Of a stretch of DNA of 32,000 nucleotides, positions 1 through 8,851 are shown piece by piece. The notes beneath the pieces were generated by a model that was not told the origin of the DNA, ran no database searches, and saw only the letters and a list, made by a program, of their open reading frames with translations. The translations under genes and the position numbers were made by a program. Position 1 is the first letter of the stretch. Each line of letters begins with the position of its first letter. The DNA lies in NCBI RefSeq assembly GCF_000023205.1, contig NC_012803.1:1110001-1142000 (forward strand), in the 5' to 3' direction. The stretch comes from Micrococcus luteus NCTC 2665 (lineage in GTDB: Bacteria; Actinomycetota; Actinomycetes; Actinomycetales; Micrococcaceae).

Positions 1-261
1 GTCCTCAATGGGAAGCCGCTCGACCTGACCGACCCGCACACCGCTGCGGCGCTCGCCGCGTTCCGGGGCGACGAGGCCGCCCCGGCTCCGGAGGGCGCGG
101 AGAAGCAGCCCGCTCCGGTCGAGGACGACGCCGACGAGCAGCACACGACCCCGGACACCGTCGAGACGGGGCAGTCCACCGGCTGGTGGCTGGCCGGCCT
201 CGGCGCCGCCGCCGCGGGGGTGCTGGTCGCGGCCCGCCGTCGTCTGGGACTGACCGACTGA
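1..261 (+). CDS. 3' end of a secreted cell-surface protein (5' end outside window) with a sortase-substrate-like C-terminal tail
   Basis: Frame +1 is open from base 1 to TGA at 259-261, with strong G/C third-position bias. Translation ends ...PDTVETGQSTGWWLAGLGAAAAGVLVAARRRLGLTD, i.e. an xxETG motif, a hydrophobic helix and an Arg-rich tail. It is absent from the ORF track because no start codon lies in the window. Confidence 0.6.
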   Translation, partial: VLNGKPLDLTDPHTAAALAAFRGDEAAPAPEGAEKQPAPVEDDADEQHTTPDTVETGQSTGWWLAGLGAAAAGVLVAARRRLGLTD

Positions 262-288
262 CAGCCCGCCGCACACAGATCCGTTGAC

Positions 289-319
289 GCGCCGCTCCTC
301 TCACGCGGAGGGGCGGCGC
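289..319. terminator. GC-rich hairpin between convergent genes
   Basis: GCGCCGCTCCTC (289-300), loop TCACGCG, GAGGGGCGGCGC (308-319). This is a 12-bp stem with one G-U position, lying between the stop at 261 (+) and the stop at 356 (-). There is no T-tract, as is usual in high-G+C actinobacteria. Confidence 0.4.
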
Positions 320-355
320 GTCCGTGCCGGCATGACACGCGGCCGGCAACCCGCG

Positions 356-1048
356 TCAGTCGCCGAGGCCCGCCAGCAGCAGGTCCAGTCCCTCCTCGAA
401 GGGTGCGTCCGCGTAGGGGTTCCGCGCCCCCGTCGCGCGCGTGCCCCCGCCCGCCCGGAAGGCCTCGGCGGCCGCGCCGAGCGCGGGCAGGCGCTCCTGC
501 GCCCCCGCCACCTCGAAGATGTCGGCCGGAGCGTCGACGTCGTACGCGGAACCGTAGATGAAGGACTCGAGCGCGATCACCCGGGCCAGCACCTGCTCCG
601 GCGCCAGGCCGGTCCGGGCCAGCACCGCGCACACCGTCTCGTAGACCCGCTGCGTCGACGGGGCTCCCTCGATCGGCAGGGTGGCGATGAGCGGGATCAG
701 CGGCGGATGGGCCGCGAAGACGTCCCGGTAGGAGCGTGCCCACGCCCGCAGGGCGGCGACGACGGGCGCCTCGCCCCGGATCGCGGCCTCCAGCTCGACG
801 AGCGAGACCTCGCCCATCACGGCGTCCTGCAGCAGGACGAGCAGCTCGTGCTTGCCCCGGATGTGGTTGTAGAGCGCGCTCGGCGCCACGCCCAGGCGAC
901 GGCCGACCGCCGCCATGGTGAGCCCTTCGTATCCCTCGGCGCGGGCGACCGCGAGCGCCGCATCCGCGATCGCCTCGCGGCTCAGAGCGGGGGAGAGAGG
1001 TCGTCCGCGGCGGCGGCGCGTCCGGGGCGGTTCAGGGGTCTCGTCCAT
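356..1048 (-). CDS. TetR/AcrR family transcriptional regulator
   Basis: N-terminal HTH signature ...REAIADAALAVARAEGYEGLTMAAVGRRLGVAPSALYNHIRGKHELL... followed by a helical ligand domain. The gene is divergent from the putrescine oxidase gene. The start is set at the internal MDETPE (ATG 1048-1046); the track ORF extends to 1096. Confidence 0.85.
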   Translation of the reverse strand: MDETPEPPRTRRRRGRPLSPALSREAIADAALAVARAEGYEGLTMAAVGRRLGVAPSALYNHIRGKHELLVLLQDAVMGEVSLVELEAAIRGEAPVVAALRAWARSYRDVFAAHPPLIPLIATLPIEGAPSTQRVYETVCAVLARTGLAPEQVLARVIALESFIYGSAYDVDAPADIFEVAGAQERLPALGAAAEAFRAGGGTRATGARNPYADAPFEEGLDLLLAGLGD

Positions 1049-1210
1049 CCGGCCATTCTGACCCGTCGGACGGGCAGGAGGTGTCAGGCCGGCCACGGAC
1101 CGGCCTTCCCTTCCCGGCGCGCGGCCCGTACAGTGAGCGCCGACACTCTAAATGAACGGCATTCACCCGGGCCCCGCCCGATGCCCCCGTCCCCGCCAGA
1201 GGAGCACCCC

Positions 1211-2743
1211 ATGACCACCGCCCCCGCCACCGCCGGCCGCGAGCGCCGGACGAGCGACGTCGTCGTGATCGGCGCCGGCCCGGCCGGCCTCATGGCCGCC
1301 CGCACCGCGAAGGCCCAGGGCCTGTCCGTCACCGTCCTGGAGGCTCGCCGGCGCGTCGGCGGCCGCACCTGGAACGGCCTGGTCGAGGGCGCCGACGGCA
1401 AGGACCACTTCATCGAGATCGGCGGCCAGTGGATCTCCCCGGACCAGACCCGCCTCATCTCCCTGGTGGAGGAGCTCGGCCTGCCGACGTTCTCCCGCTT
1501 CCGCGACGGTCGCAACGTCTACGTGGACCCGCGCGGAGAACGCCACGTCTACGACGGCCTCGACTTCCCGGTAGCCGAGAAGACGGACCGGGAGATGGAC
1601 CGCCTGATCGCCAAGATCGACGAACTGACCGCAGAGATCGACGCCGCCGCCCCGTGGGAGCACCCGCGGGCCGCCGAGCTGGACACGATCTCCTTCCGCC
1701 ACTGGCTGGAACAGGAGTCGGACGACCCGGAGGCCATCGACAACGTCTCCATCTACATCGCCTCCGGCATGCTGACCAAGCCCTCCCACACCTTCTCCAT
1801 GCTCCAGGCGCTGCTCATGGCCGCCTCGGCGGGGTCGTTCCGCAACCTGGTGGACGAGGACTTCATCCTGGACAAGCGCGTCGAGGGCGGCATGCAGTCG
1901 GTGTCCCTGACCATGGCCGCCGAGCTGGGCGACGACGTCGTCCTCGGCCAACCGGTGCGCACCCTGCGCTGGGCCGAGCCGGACCCGTCCACCGCGGACG
2001 AGAAGAACGGTGTGGCCGCGGACGTGCGCAACGGCGTGGCGCACGACGGCGCCGCCGGCGACGTCGTGGCGCTCACCGACGACTACGAGGTGCACGCCCG
2101 CTACGCGGTCCTGGCCGTCCCGCCGAACCTCTACAGCCGCATCTCCTTCGAGCCGCCGATGCCGCGCGAGCAGCAGATCGCGCACCAGCACATCTCCATG
2201 GGCCTGGTCATCAAGGTGCACGCCGTGTACGAGACCCCGTTCTGGCGCGAGGAGGGCCTGTCCGGCACGTGCTTCGGTGGCGGCCGTCTCGTCCAGGAGA
2301 TCTATGACAACACCAACCGCGGCGAGAACCTGGCCGGCGGCGCCCCGGGCGAGGAGGACCCGCACGGCACCCTCGTCGGGTTCGTGTCCGACGTGTACGC
2401 GGAGCAGATGTGGGCCCTGCCGGAGGAGGAGCGCAAGGCCGCGATCCTCGGCGCCATGGCCGAGTACCTCGGCCCCCGGACTCTCGAGCCGATCGCGTTC
2501 TTCCTCTCGGACATGGCCGCCGAGGAGTGGACCCGAGGCGCCTACGCCACCAGCTACGACCTCGGTGGGCTCTCCCGCTGGGGCCACCTCCAGAACCGCC
2601 CGACCGGCCCCATCCACTACGCGTGCTCGGACATCGCCGCCGAGGGCTACCAGCACGTGGACGGCGCGATCCGCATGGGCGAGGCCGCCGCCCTGGCCAT
2701 CGCCGAGCGGGAAGCCACCGACGCGGGGCAGCCCACCGGCTGA
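1211..2743 (+). CDS. puo: Flavin-dependent putrescine oxidase (amine oxidase family)
   Basis: FAD dinucleotide fold DVVVIGAGPAGLMAARTAKAQGLSVTVLEARRRVGGR. Further blocks IEIGGQWISPDQT, ILDKRVEGGMQSV, VLAVPPNLYSRISFEPP, VIKVHAVYETPFWREEGLSG, EEWTRGAYA and ACSDIAAEGYQHVDGA match actinobacterial putrescine oxidases as I remember them. ATG at 1211 is preceded by GGAGCA. Confidence 0.88.
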   Translation: MTTAPATAGRERRTSDVVVIGAGPAGLMAARTAKAQGLSVTVLEARRRVGGRTWNGLVEGADGKDHFIEIGGQWISPDQTRLISLVEELGLPTFSRFRDGRNVYVDPRGERHVYDGLDFPVAEKTDREMDRLIAKIDELTAEIDAAAPWEHPRAAELDTISFRHWLEQESDDPEAIDNVSIYIASGMLTKPSHTFSMLQALLMAASAGSFRNLVDEDFILDKRVEGGMQSVSLTMAAELGDDVVLGQPVRTLRWAEPDPSTADEKNGVAADVRNGVAHDGAAGDVVALTDDYEVHARYAVLAVPPNLYSRISFEPPMPREQQIAHQHISMGLVIKVHAVYETPFWREEGLSGTCFGGGRLVQEIYDNTNRGENLAGGAPGEEDPHGTLVGFVSDVYAEQMWALPEEERKAAILGAMAEYLGPRTLEPIAFFLSDMAAEEWTRGAYATSYDLGGLSRWGHLQNRPTGPIHYACSDIAAEGYQHVDGAIRMGEAAALAIAEREATDAGQPTG

Positions 2744-2769
2744 CCGGCCCGACGGACAAGGACATCCTC

Positions 2770-4431
2770 ATGAGCGCATCCACCCCACGACGCCGCGTCG
2801 TCGACGATGAGGGACACGAGCACGTGTACCCGACCACCTCCGCCATCGAGCAGGTCAACCTCCTCAACCCGGGCGGGGTGAGCAACAAGGGGCTCCAGGC
2901 CGGCAAGGTCGGCCTGCTCGGGGCCGTGGTGATCGGCGTCTCCGTCGTCGCCCCCGCCTACACGTTGACCTCGGGCCTCGGGCCGACCATCAGCACCGTC
3001 GGCACCCACGTGCCCGCGATCCTGCTGCTCGGCTTCATCCCGATGCTCCTGGTGGCCCTCGGCTACCGGGCGCTGAACACGCGGGTGCCGGACTCCGGCA
3101 CGTCCTTCACCTGGGCCACGCACGCCTTCGGGCCGTATGTCGGGTGGATGGGCGGCTGGGGTCTCATCGCCGCCTCCGTGATCGTGCTGTCCAACCTGGC
3201 GGCCGTCGCCGTCGACTTCACGTTCCTGCTGCTCGCCCAGATCACCGGGAGCCAGGCCATCGCGGACCTGGCCGGCAACCTGTGGGTCAACATCCCCCTG
3301 ACCCTGGTGTACCTGGCCCTGGCCGGATGGATCTCGCACCGGGGCATGGAGACCACCAAGCACCTGCAGTACATCCTGGTGGCCTTCCAGATCCTGGCCC
3401 TCGGCGCGTTCGCCGTCGCCGCCCTGATGCAGTCCTCCCGTGGCGCGGGCTTCGACCCCACTCCGGTGCAGCTGGACTGGTTCAACCCGTTCACCGCGGG
3501 CGACTTCAGTGTGGTCGCAGCCGGCGTCTCCCTGTCCATCTTCCTGTTCTGGGGCTGGGACGTGACCCTCACGATGAACGAGGAGACCAAGGACCCCGAG
3601 CGCACCCCCGGCCGGGCCGCCGCCGTCACCGTGTTCGTCATCATCGCCGTCTACATCCTGTCCGCCCTGGCCGTGATCTCCTGGGCGGGCATCGGCTCCG
3701 AGGGCCTGGGCGCGGGCAATCCGGAGAACCAGGAGTCGATCTTCGCGGTCCTCGCCGGCCCGATCCTGGGCCCCTTCGCCGTGATCATGTCCAGCGCGAT
3801 CCTCGTCAGCTCCCTGGCCTCCCTGCAGTCCACCATGGTCTCCCCGGCCCGCACCCTGCTGGCGATGGGCTTCTACCGGGCCGTGCCCGCGCGCTTCGCC
3901 GAGCTGAGCCCCCGGTTCAACAGCCCGGCCTTCGCGACCTGGGTGTGCGCGGGCTTCGCCGGCCTCTTCTACGTCGTCACGCGGCTGCTCTCCGAGAACG
4001 CCCTGTGGGACACCATCACCGCCCTGGGCCTGATGATCTGCTTCTACTACGGCATCACCGCCCTGGCCTGCGTCTGGTACTTCCGCCGCGAGTGGTTCAC
4101 CTCGGTGGGCAACGCCCTCACCACCTTCCTGTTCCCGCTGATCGGCGGCCTCGTGCTGCTGGTGATGTTCTGCGTGACCGCGCTGGACTCCACCGACCCC
4201 GACTACGGCTCCGGCTCGTCCGTGTTCGGTGTCGGCACCGTGTTCATCCTGGGCATGGGCGTGCTGGCGATCGGCGTGGTACTGATGATGTGGACGCGGC
4301 TGCGCCACCCGGCCTACTTCCGTGGCGAGACCCTGCCGCAGACGGACTCGACCCGACCCATCCCGATCATCCGTCCGGACGACGACGGCACTGCCGTGGT
4401 CCGGGACCCGAACGAGAGGACCCACTCATGA
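2770..4431 (+). CDS. APC-superfamily amino acid/polyamine permease (probable putrescine or GABA importer)
   Basis: About 12 predicted hydrophobic helices, an APC-like N-terminal block (GLLGAVVIGVSVVAPAYTL...) and strong GC3 bias. It lies between puo and the aldehyde dehydrogenase. Its stop overlaps the next start (ATGA at 4428-4431). Confidence 0.85.
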   Translation: MSASTPRRRVVDDEGHEHVYPTTSAIEQVNLLNPGGVSNKGLQAGKVGLLGAVVIGVSVVAPAYTLTSGLGPTISTVGTHVPAILLLGFIPMLLVALGYRALNTRVPDSGTSFTWATHAFGPYVGWMGGWGLIAASVIVLSNLAAVAVDFTFLLLAQITGSQAIADLAGNLWVNIPLTLVYLALAGWISHRGMETTKHLQYILVAFQILALGAFAVAALMQSSRGAGFDPTPVQLDWFNPFTAGDFSVVAAGVSLSIFLFWGWDVTLTMNEETKDPERTPGRAAAVTVFVIIAVYILSALAVISWAGIGSEGLGAGNPENQESIFAVLAGPILGPFAVIMSSAILVSSLASLQSTMVSPARTLLAMGFYRAVPARFAELSPRFNSPAFATWVCAGFAGLFYVVTRLLSENALWDTITALGLMICFYYGITALACVWYFRREWFTSVGNALTTFLFPLIGGLVLLVMFCVTALDSTDPDYGSGSSVFGVGTVFILGMGVLAIGVVLMMWTRLRHPAYFRGETLPQTDSTRPIPIIRPDDDGTAVVRDPNERTHS

Positions 4432-5813
4432 GCACCCCCACCGGCTATCGCGTGCAGGACCCCAGCACCGACCAGGTCGTGGAGACCTTCCCGACCCTCG
4501 CCGACGGTGAGGTCGACCAGCTGCTGGCCGCCGCCGAGGCCGCCCAGCGTGCGTGGGCCGCCCGCCCCATCGAGGAGCGCGCCACCATCGTGCACAAGGT
4601 CGCGGACCTCTTCGAGGAGCGCAAGGACGAGCTCGCGCAGATCATCGCCACCGAGATGGGCAAGCGCGTGACCGAGGGCGTCGAGGAGGCGGAGTTCAGC
4701 TCGGCCATCTTCGGCTACTTCGCGGACAAGGGCCCCACCTTCGCCGCGGACCGCCCCATCGAGACCTTCGAGGGCGGCCGCGCCATGATCCGCCACCTGC
4801 CCCTGGGTGTGCTGCTGGGTGTCATGCCGTGGAACTTCCCGTACTACCAGATCGCCCGTTTCGCCGCGCCGAACCTCATGCTCGGCAACGCGATCGTGCT
4901 CAAGCACGCCGAGATCTGCCCGCGCTCGGCCCTGGCCGTGCAGCAGATCATGGACGACGCCGGCGTGCCGGCCGGCGTGTACACCAACGTGTTCGCCACG
5001 CACGACCAGATCGCCGAGTTCATCGCCGACCCGCGCGTGGCCGGCGTCTCCCTGACCGGCTCCGAGCGGGCCGGCTCCGTGATCGGCGCGCTCGCGGGCC
5101 AGCACCTCAAGAAGGCCGTCCTCGAGCTCGGCGGGTCGGATCCGTACATCGTGCTCGACGCCGAGGATCCGGCCGAGGCCGCCCGCACCGCGTGGGCGAC
5201 CCGCATGTACAACATGGGCCAGGCCTGCAACTCCAACAAGCGCATGATCGTCACGGCGGACATCCACGACGCCTTCGTGGCCGAGCTGGTGTCCCTGGCC
5301 GAGGCCATGAAGCCCGGGGAGGCCGCCGACGAGGACCCGACGGTCTTCACCCCGCTGTCCTCGCGCGGTGCCGCCGAGGGCCTGGCCGAGCAGGTGGAGC
5401 GGGCCCGTCAGCAGGGGGCGACGGTCCACGTCGGCGGGACCGTCACGGACGAGGCGGGCGCCCGCTTCGCCCCGGCCGTGATCACGGGCGTCACCTCCGA
5501 GATGGACGCCTACCGCGAGGAGCTCTTCGGCCCCGTCGCCGTCGTCTACAAGGTGGAGTCCGCGGACGAGGCGCTCGCCCTCGCCAACGACTCCCAGTAC
5601 GGCCTGGGCGGCGCCGTGTTCTCCCAGGACGAGGCTCAGGCCGAGCGGATCGCCCGGCAGCTCGAGGTCGGCATGGCCAACGTCAACACGCCGGCGGGAG
5701 AAGGGGCGGAGATCCCGTTCGGCGGCATCAAGCGCTCCGGCTTCGGCCGCGAGCTCGGCCCGCTCGGCATGGACGAGTTCGTCAACAAGCAGACGTACTT
5801 CGTCCAGGACTGA
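4428..5813 (+). CDS. NAD(P)-dependent aldehyde dehydrogenase (4-aminobutanal or succinate-semialdehyde dehydrogenase type)
   Basis: ALDH hallmarks are present: VMPWNFPYYQ, LELGGSDP (catalytic Glu block), GQACNSNKR (catalytic Cys block), EELFGPV and PFGGIKRSGFGRE. It is translationally coupled to the permease. The substrate cannot be decided from sequence alone. Confidence 0.88.
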   Translation: MSTPTGYRVQDPSTDQVVETFPTLADGEVDQLLAAAEAAQRAWAARPIEERATIVHKVADLFEERKDELAQIIATEMGKRVTEGVEEAEFSSAIFGYFADKGPTFAADRPIETFEGGRAMIRHLPLGVLLGVMPWNFPYYQIARFAAPNLMLGNAIVLKHAEICPRSALAVQQIMDDAGVPAGVYTNVFATHDQIAEFIADPRVAGVSLTGSERAGSVIGALAGQHLKKAVLELGGSDPYIVLDAEDPAEAARTAWATRMYNMGQACNSNKRMIVTADIHDAFVAELVSLAEAMKPGEAADEDPTVFTPLSSRGAAEGLAEQVERARQQGATVHVGGTVTDEAGARFAPAVITGVTSEMDAYREELFGPVAVVYKVESADEALALANDSQYGLGGAVFSQDEAQAERIARQLEVGMANVNTPAGEGAEIPFGGIKRSGFGRELGPLGMDEFVNKQTYFVQD

Positions 5814-5828
5814 CACCCCCACGACGAC

Positions 5829-5865
5829 GACGGGCCCGCCTCCGGTGACTGGAGGCGGGCCCGTC
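5829..5865 (+). terminator. Intrinsic-terminator-like hairpin after the aldehyde dehydrogenase gene
   Basis: Perfect 15-bp stem GACGGGCCCGCCTCC (5829-5843), loop GGTGACT, GGAGGCGGGCCCGTC (5851-5865), 16 nt after the stop codon. Confidence 0.6.
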
Positions 5866-6012
5866 CGCGTCCCGCCGGCGTGGCGGGAGCGATGAGTCAG
5901 TGACGCGCCTGTCACACAGCGGGTTCTCGGCTGGCGCGCCCTTGTCCCTTCAACCGGGGCGCGGCCATCATGAACGGGATCCCCGTCGAGAACTGCAGAA
6001 TCGAGATGTCTG

Positions 6013-6324
6013 ATGTACCCCACCCCGATGACGTTCGACGTGGCGCGCGCCGGCCGCGCTCTCGCCCAGGTCAGTGCCCGCACCCTGGCCACCGCGGCCG
6101 GCCTCGAGAAGGAGCAGCTGCGCCGCTTCGAGAAGGGGCTGGCCGACCTGCGGGTGGACGAGCGTCTGCGTCTGGAGAAGGCCCTGCTGAAGTACGGCGT
6201 CGGGCTGGTCCCGGAGGACGAGTTCGGCGGCGCGGGGGTCCGCCGGATCTTCTCCGCCGAGAAGTCCCGGCGCATCAAGGCCATGGAGAACGAAGGCGGC
6301 CCGGCGTACGAGGACGACATCTGA
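6013..6324 (+). CDS. Small XRE-like helix-turn-helix protein, function unknown
   Basis: 103-aa ORF with strong GC3 bias. The segment ARAGRALAQVSARTLATAAGLEKEQLRRFEKG resembles an XRE/Cro-type HTH. The start is uncertain (ATG 6013 or the ATG at codon 6). Confidence 0.5.
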   Translation: MYPTPMTFDVARAGRALAQVSARTLATAAGLEKEQLRRFEKGLADLRVDERLRLEKALLKYGVGLVPEDEFGGAGVRRIFSAEKSRRIKAMENEGGPAYEDDI

Positions 6325-6342
6325 GTCCTGTGCCGACAGGCG

Positions 6343-6379
6343 GACGGCCCCGCATCCCGGACAGGGATGCGGGGCCGTC
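6343..6379. terminator. Bidirectional terminator-like hairpin between convergent genes
   Basis: Perfect 16-bp stem GACGGCCCCGCATCCC (6343-6358), loop GGACA, GGGATGCGGGGCCGTC (6364-6379). It sits between the stop at 6324 (+) and the gabT stop at 6406 (-). Confidence 0.6.
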
Positions 6380-6405
6380 GTCGTCGGTCCGCCGGTGGCG
6401 GCGTC

Positions 6406-7728
6406 TCAGGCGGACTGCAGCGCCTTCGTGACCTCGCTCAGGCCCTCCTTGAGGAGGTCCTCACCGATGGTCAGCGGCGGCAGGAAGCGCACGACGTTGC
6501 CGTAGGTGCCGCACGTGAGCAGGATGACGCCGGTGGCGCGCACGGCCGCGGCCACGGTGGCGGTCAGCGTCGCGTCCGGCTCGCCGGTGGCGGGGTCCAC
6601 GAACTCGATCGCCATCATCGCGCCGCGGCCGCGGACCTCGGCGATGCGGTCGTCGGCGTTCTGCTCGAAGTGCTCGCGGATGACCTGCTCGATCCGGCGG
6701 GCCTTCTCCAGGAGACCGTCCTCCTCGACGGCCTCGAACACGGCGAGCGCCGCCGCCGTGGCGACGGGGTTGCCGCCGTAGGTGCCCCCGAGGCCGCCCG
6801 GGTGCACGGAGTCCATCACCTCGGCGCGGCCGGTGACGCCGGAGAGCGGCATGCCGCCGGCGATGCCCTTGGCGGTCGCCATCAGGTCCGGCTCGATGCC
6901 CTCGGTCTCGGAGGCGAACCAGGCGCCGGTGCGGGCGATGCCGGACTGGACCTCGTCCGCGATGAACAGGACGTCGTTGGCCTTGCACCACTCGACCATG
7001 GCCGGCAGGAAGCCCTCGGCCGGGACGATGAAGCCGCCCTCGCCCTGGATCGGCTCCATGATCACGGCGGCCAGGTCGTCGGCACCGATCTGCTTCTCCA
7101 GCGCGGAGATGGCACGCTGCGCGGCCTCGGCGCCGGACAGGCCGTCCCGCAGCGGGTAGGAGCCGGGCACGCGGTAGATCTCGGGGGCGAACGGTCCGAA
7201 GCTGTGCTTGTAGGGCATGGACTTGGCGGTCAGCGCCATCGTCAGGGTGGTGCGGCCGTGGTAGGCGTGGTCGAACGCGGCCACGGCCTGCTTGCCGGTG
7301 TAGGCGCGGGCCACCTTGACGGCGTTCTCCACGGCCTCGGCGCCGGAGTTGAACAGGGCGGTGCGGGTCTCGCCGGGGATCGGGCTGGTGCGGTCCAGCT
7401 GCTCGGCCACGGCCACGTAGCCCTCGTAGGGCGTGATCATGAACGAGGTGTGGGTGAACTGGGCGACCTGCTCCTGGACGGCGGCCACGACGCGCGGGTG
7501 GGAGGCGCCCACGGAGGTGACGGCGATGCCGGAGGCCAGGTCAATCAGGCGGTTGCCGTCCACGTCCTCGAGGATGCCGCCCGCGGCGCGGGCCGCGTAC
7601 ACCGGCATGGTGGTGGCCACGCCGGCCGGGACGGCGCGCTGCTGGCGCTCGGCGAGCTCACGGGAGCGGGGGCCGGGCAGCTCGGTGGCCAGGTGGCGGG
7701 TCTGCTCGAGGTCGGGGGTGGCGGTCAT
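6406..7728 (-). CDS. gabT: 4-aminobutyrate--2-oxoglutarate transaminase (class III PLP aminotransferase)
   Basis: Class III aminotransferase blocks are present: LIDLASGIAVTSVGASHPRV, LFNSGAEAVENAVK, AFDHAYHGRT, IMEPIQGEGGF, LFIADEVQSGIARTG and ATAKGIAGGMPLS (PLP-Lys context). The start is set at MTATPDLEQ (ATG 7728-7726), with GGAGG 8 nt upstream on the coding strand. The track ORF runs further upstream. Confidence 0.9.
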   Translation of the reverse strand: MTATPDLEQTRHLATELPGPRSRELAERQQRAVPAGVATTMPVYAARAAGGILEDVDGNRLIDLASGIAVTSVGASHPRVVAAVQEQVAQFTHTSFMITPYEGYVAVAEQLDRTSPIPGETRTALFNSGAEAVENAVKVARAYTGKQAVAAFDHAYHGRTTLTMALTAKSMPYKHSFGPFAPEIYRVPGSYPLRDGLSGAEAAQRAISALEKQIGADDLAAVIMEPIQGEGGFIVPAEGFLPAMVEWCKANDVLFIADEVQSGIARTGAWFASETEGIEPDLMATAKGIAGGMPLSGVTGRAEVMDSVHPGGLGGTYGGNPVATAAALAVFEAVEEDGLLEKARRIEQVIREHFEQNADDRIAEVRGRGAMMAIEFVDPATGEPDATLTATVAAAVRATGVILLTCGTYGNVVRFLPPLTIGEDLLKEGLSEVTKALQSA

Positions 7729-7827
7729 GAGGATGCCTCCTGGGGACGGCTCACGGGGAGCGGGGACGACGGGTGGGCGCGACGACGACGCGTCGGGCCG
7801 CGTCCTCCCATGGTGGGGGCGTCGAGT

Positions 7828-7856
7828 CCATGCCGTCCAGTGATGATCTGGCATGG
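7828..7856. promoter_or_regulatory. Inverted repeat in the gabT/LysR divergent intergenic region, candidate LysR-type binding site
   Basis: CCATGCC (7828-7834), 15 nt, GGCATGG (7850-7856). The 7-bp arms are perfect, and the repeat lies about 20 bp upstream of the LysR start and about 100 bp upstream of gabT. The role is inferred from position only. Confidence 0.3.
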
Positions 7857-7874
7857 GGGCTATGCTCATCCGGC

Positions 7875-8786
7875 ATGGAGGAGAAACTGCTCAGGGCCTT
7901 CGTCACGGTGGCCGAGGTCGGCACGGTCTCGGGGGCCGCGATCCGCCTGGATCTCGTGCAGTCTGCGCTCAGTCGGCAGCTGCAGCGGCTTCAGCGTGAG
8001 CTGCGCCTGCCCCTGTTCGCCCGGGTCGCCGGCCGGCTCGAGCTGACGACGGCCGGCGAGGCGTTCCTCCCGGTGGCGCGCGAGGTCCTCGTCGCCCATC
8101 GACGGGCGGAGCAGGCGGCCCGCGCGCTCGCCTCCGGTCGGCTCACGGACGTGGCCGTGGCCGCGCCCGGCACCACCCTCATCGACGTCGTGCTGCCGTT
8201 CGTGGCCACCTTCGGCGAGGAGGACCCGCGCCCGCGCATCGCGGAGACCCAGCTGGACGACTCGCTGCTCGACGCCGTCGCGCGGCACGACCTGGTGGTG
8301 ATGCCGACGGTGCCGCCGCCCGCCGTCGCGTCGCTGCCGCTGATGGACCTGCCGGTCTGGGCGTACGTCGCCCCGGGCCACCCCTGGGCGGGCCGGACGC
8401 GGGTGTCCCTCGACGACCTCGTCGCCCAGCCCGTCGTCGCGCCCGCCCGCACCTTCATGGCGCGACGCGTCCTCGACGGCGCCGTGGCCGTGGCTGGCCT
8501 CACGCCGCCGGCCCTCGTCGAGGCGAACTCCGGGCGGGTGGCCCAGGCCCTGGTCGCGACGGGGGCGGGCGTCGCCGTCGTCACCGAGGACCCGGCCTTC
8601 GGGTTGACGCCGTTGCGGGTCATCGCGCAGGGGCGGACGCTCACGGTGCGACTGCACGCGGCATGGCGGGGGGACCACTTCGCCGCCGAGACGCTGGAGG
8701 CGATCGCCCGTCGGTTGCAGGCCTTCGTCCGGGACCGCTATGCCGAGCCCGGAGACGACGCGCCGGGCCGAGGCCGGAGCGCGTGA
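7875..8786 (+). CDS. LysR family transcriptional regulator
   Basis: N-terminal LysR HTH MEEKLLRAFVTVAEVGTVSGAAIRLDLVQSALSRQLQRLQRELRLPLFARVAGRLELTTAGEAFL, followed by a periplasmic-binding-protein-like co-inducer domain. It is divergent from gabT. Confidence 0.85.
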   Translation: MEEKLLRAFVTVAEVGTVSGAAIRLDLVQSALSRQLQRLQRELRLPLFARVAGRLELTTAGEAFLPVAREVLVAHRRAEQAARALASGRLTDVAVAAPGTTLIDVVLPFVATFGEEDPRPRIAETQLDDSLLDAVARHDLVVMPTVPPPAVASLPLMDLPVWAYVAPGHPWAGRTRVSLDDLVAQPVVAPARTFMARRVLDGAVAVAGLTPPALVEANSGRVAQALVATGAGVAVVTEDPAFGLTPLRVIAQGRTLTVRLHAAWRGDHFAAETLEAIARRLQAFVRDRYAEPGDDAPGRGRSA

Positions 8787-8851
8787 GACCATGCCGTCGT
8801 CGGACGCGGCCCCGGGTGGGCCGGGTCGATGCACACGAGGGGAGAACCCGG

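Noticed and set aside
1153-1165. Small dyad TGAA-CGGCA-TTCA in the TetR/puo intergenic region, as a possible TetR operator
   Set aside because: The arms are only 4 bp. It is the most A+T-rich spot of the spacer and plausibly promoter DNA, but it is too short to distinguish from chance without comparative data.
1985-2070. Internal near-duplication NGVAADVR / NGVAHDGA in the putrescine oxidase, as a possible repeat element
   Set aside because: It is an in-frame, short, low-complexity surface-loop type insertion. It is mentioned under the cluster finding but does not stand as an independent feature.
1163-2656. Long antisense or off-frame ORFs in the track. Examples: 1163-2656 (-), 2647-4425 (-), 4314-6320 (-), 6367-8046 (+), 7866-8834 (-), 9418-10926 (-), 19753-23547 (-, 1264 aa), 23627-24715 (-), 26686-28257 (-), 30265-31605 (-).
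   Set aside because: Each overlaps a gene with clear family motifs on the other strand or in another frame. Their products are Arg/Gly/Pro/Ala-rich low-complexity strings with no recognisable domains. Stop-codon-poor shadow frames are expected in high-G+C DNA.
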